DNA from: Podarcis tiliguerta | Lineage: Eukaryota | Assembly (NCBI GenBank): GCA_965153285.1 | Contig: OZ229122.1 | DNA: 64,000 nt | Direction: 5' to 3' (one strand) | Shown here: positions 63,491-64,000 of the stretch, in pieces | How positions within the stretch are numbered: the stretch's first letter is position 1 | Layout of the letters: each line of letters opens with the position of its first letter | Notes under the pieces: model-generated | What the model was told of the DNA's origin: nothing | The model's input: only the letters and a program-made list of their open reading frames with translations | Databases searched by the model: none | Program-made: the position numbers and the translations under genes

Positions 63491-64000
63491 CTGAACATAA
63501 TAGTATAAAACTGGGACTAGTGCTCTTCATTCATTCAGCTCTTTGATGAGACTTACGTTGGTAGAACCAGTTGGCCCAACTTCCCCTTCCATGCTTTTGC
63601 CATTAATTACTCTCCACATCAGGCTGAATGACTCACGAGAAGCCTTCCTTTCTGAATATTTACTCATGTCCACCCTGTTGGCTCAGTGTGTGGTTTAGAA
63701 CCCTACAATGTGTAAACTGAAAAACAGTCAAAACTTGCCTTTCTCCACATTTTGTGAAGTTCTCCAACCAAATAATGTGCACCAAAATGCGTAACTGTTA
63801 AAGTGCACAATAATATAGAGTACAGAAAATGTACATAAATGTGTATATTAGTGGAAATAGCATACAAATATGCATACAAAATGTTTATACTACAAGAAAT
63901 ATATAGTAAAATGTATATATGAAATATTGTTAGCTTGCATAATCTAGCAGCTAAAAAGCAAAGAACAATGACAAAGTGACCCAAACTTCACTTTCTGGTA

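Overview
Vertebrate genomic DNA from a squamate, most likely a lacertid lizard (Sauria SINEs, Bov-B, a (CTT)n-tailed tRNA SINE, CR1/L2/L1). The window is part of a tandem cluster of vomeronasal type-2 receptor (V2R, class C GPCR) genes, all on the minus strand. There are seven loci, here called A-G. Five (B, C, D, E, F) have complete, frame-intact 6-exon ORFs of about 877-890 aa; A lacks exons 5-6 and G shows only exons 5-6 because of the window edges. Exon sizes are highly conserved (ex2 292, ex4 228, ex5 127 nt) and the introns are GT-AG. The main result is that gene C is a chimera. An unequal crossover in the first codons of exon 5 (~20078-20085) duplicated ~11.4-20.1 kb as ~20.1-32.2 kb, fusing the Venus-flytrap exons of B to the CRD/7TM of D. 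After that, B and C diverged through a cluster of 8 substitutions, all non-synonymous, in 18 codons, and C carries a solo-LTR-like insertion in its upstream conserved element plus a nested TE stack next to a splice acceptor. Other signals are a ~200-bp non-coding element with a conserved E-box upstream of all six first exons, a gene-conversion tract between the 7TM exons of F and G, decayed exon-6 relics behind E, F and G, a duplicated 'poison' splice acceptor in A, a retroposon (TTA)n tail acting as a polypyrimidine tract in E, and a SINE with a 44-bp target-site duplication. All identities were estimated by eye; no database searches were run.
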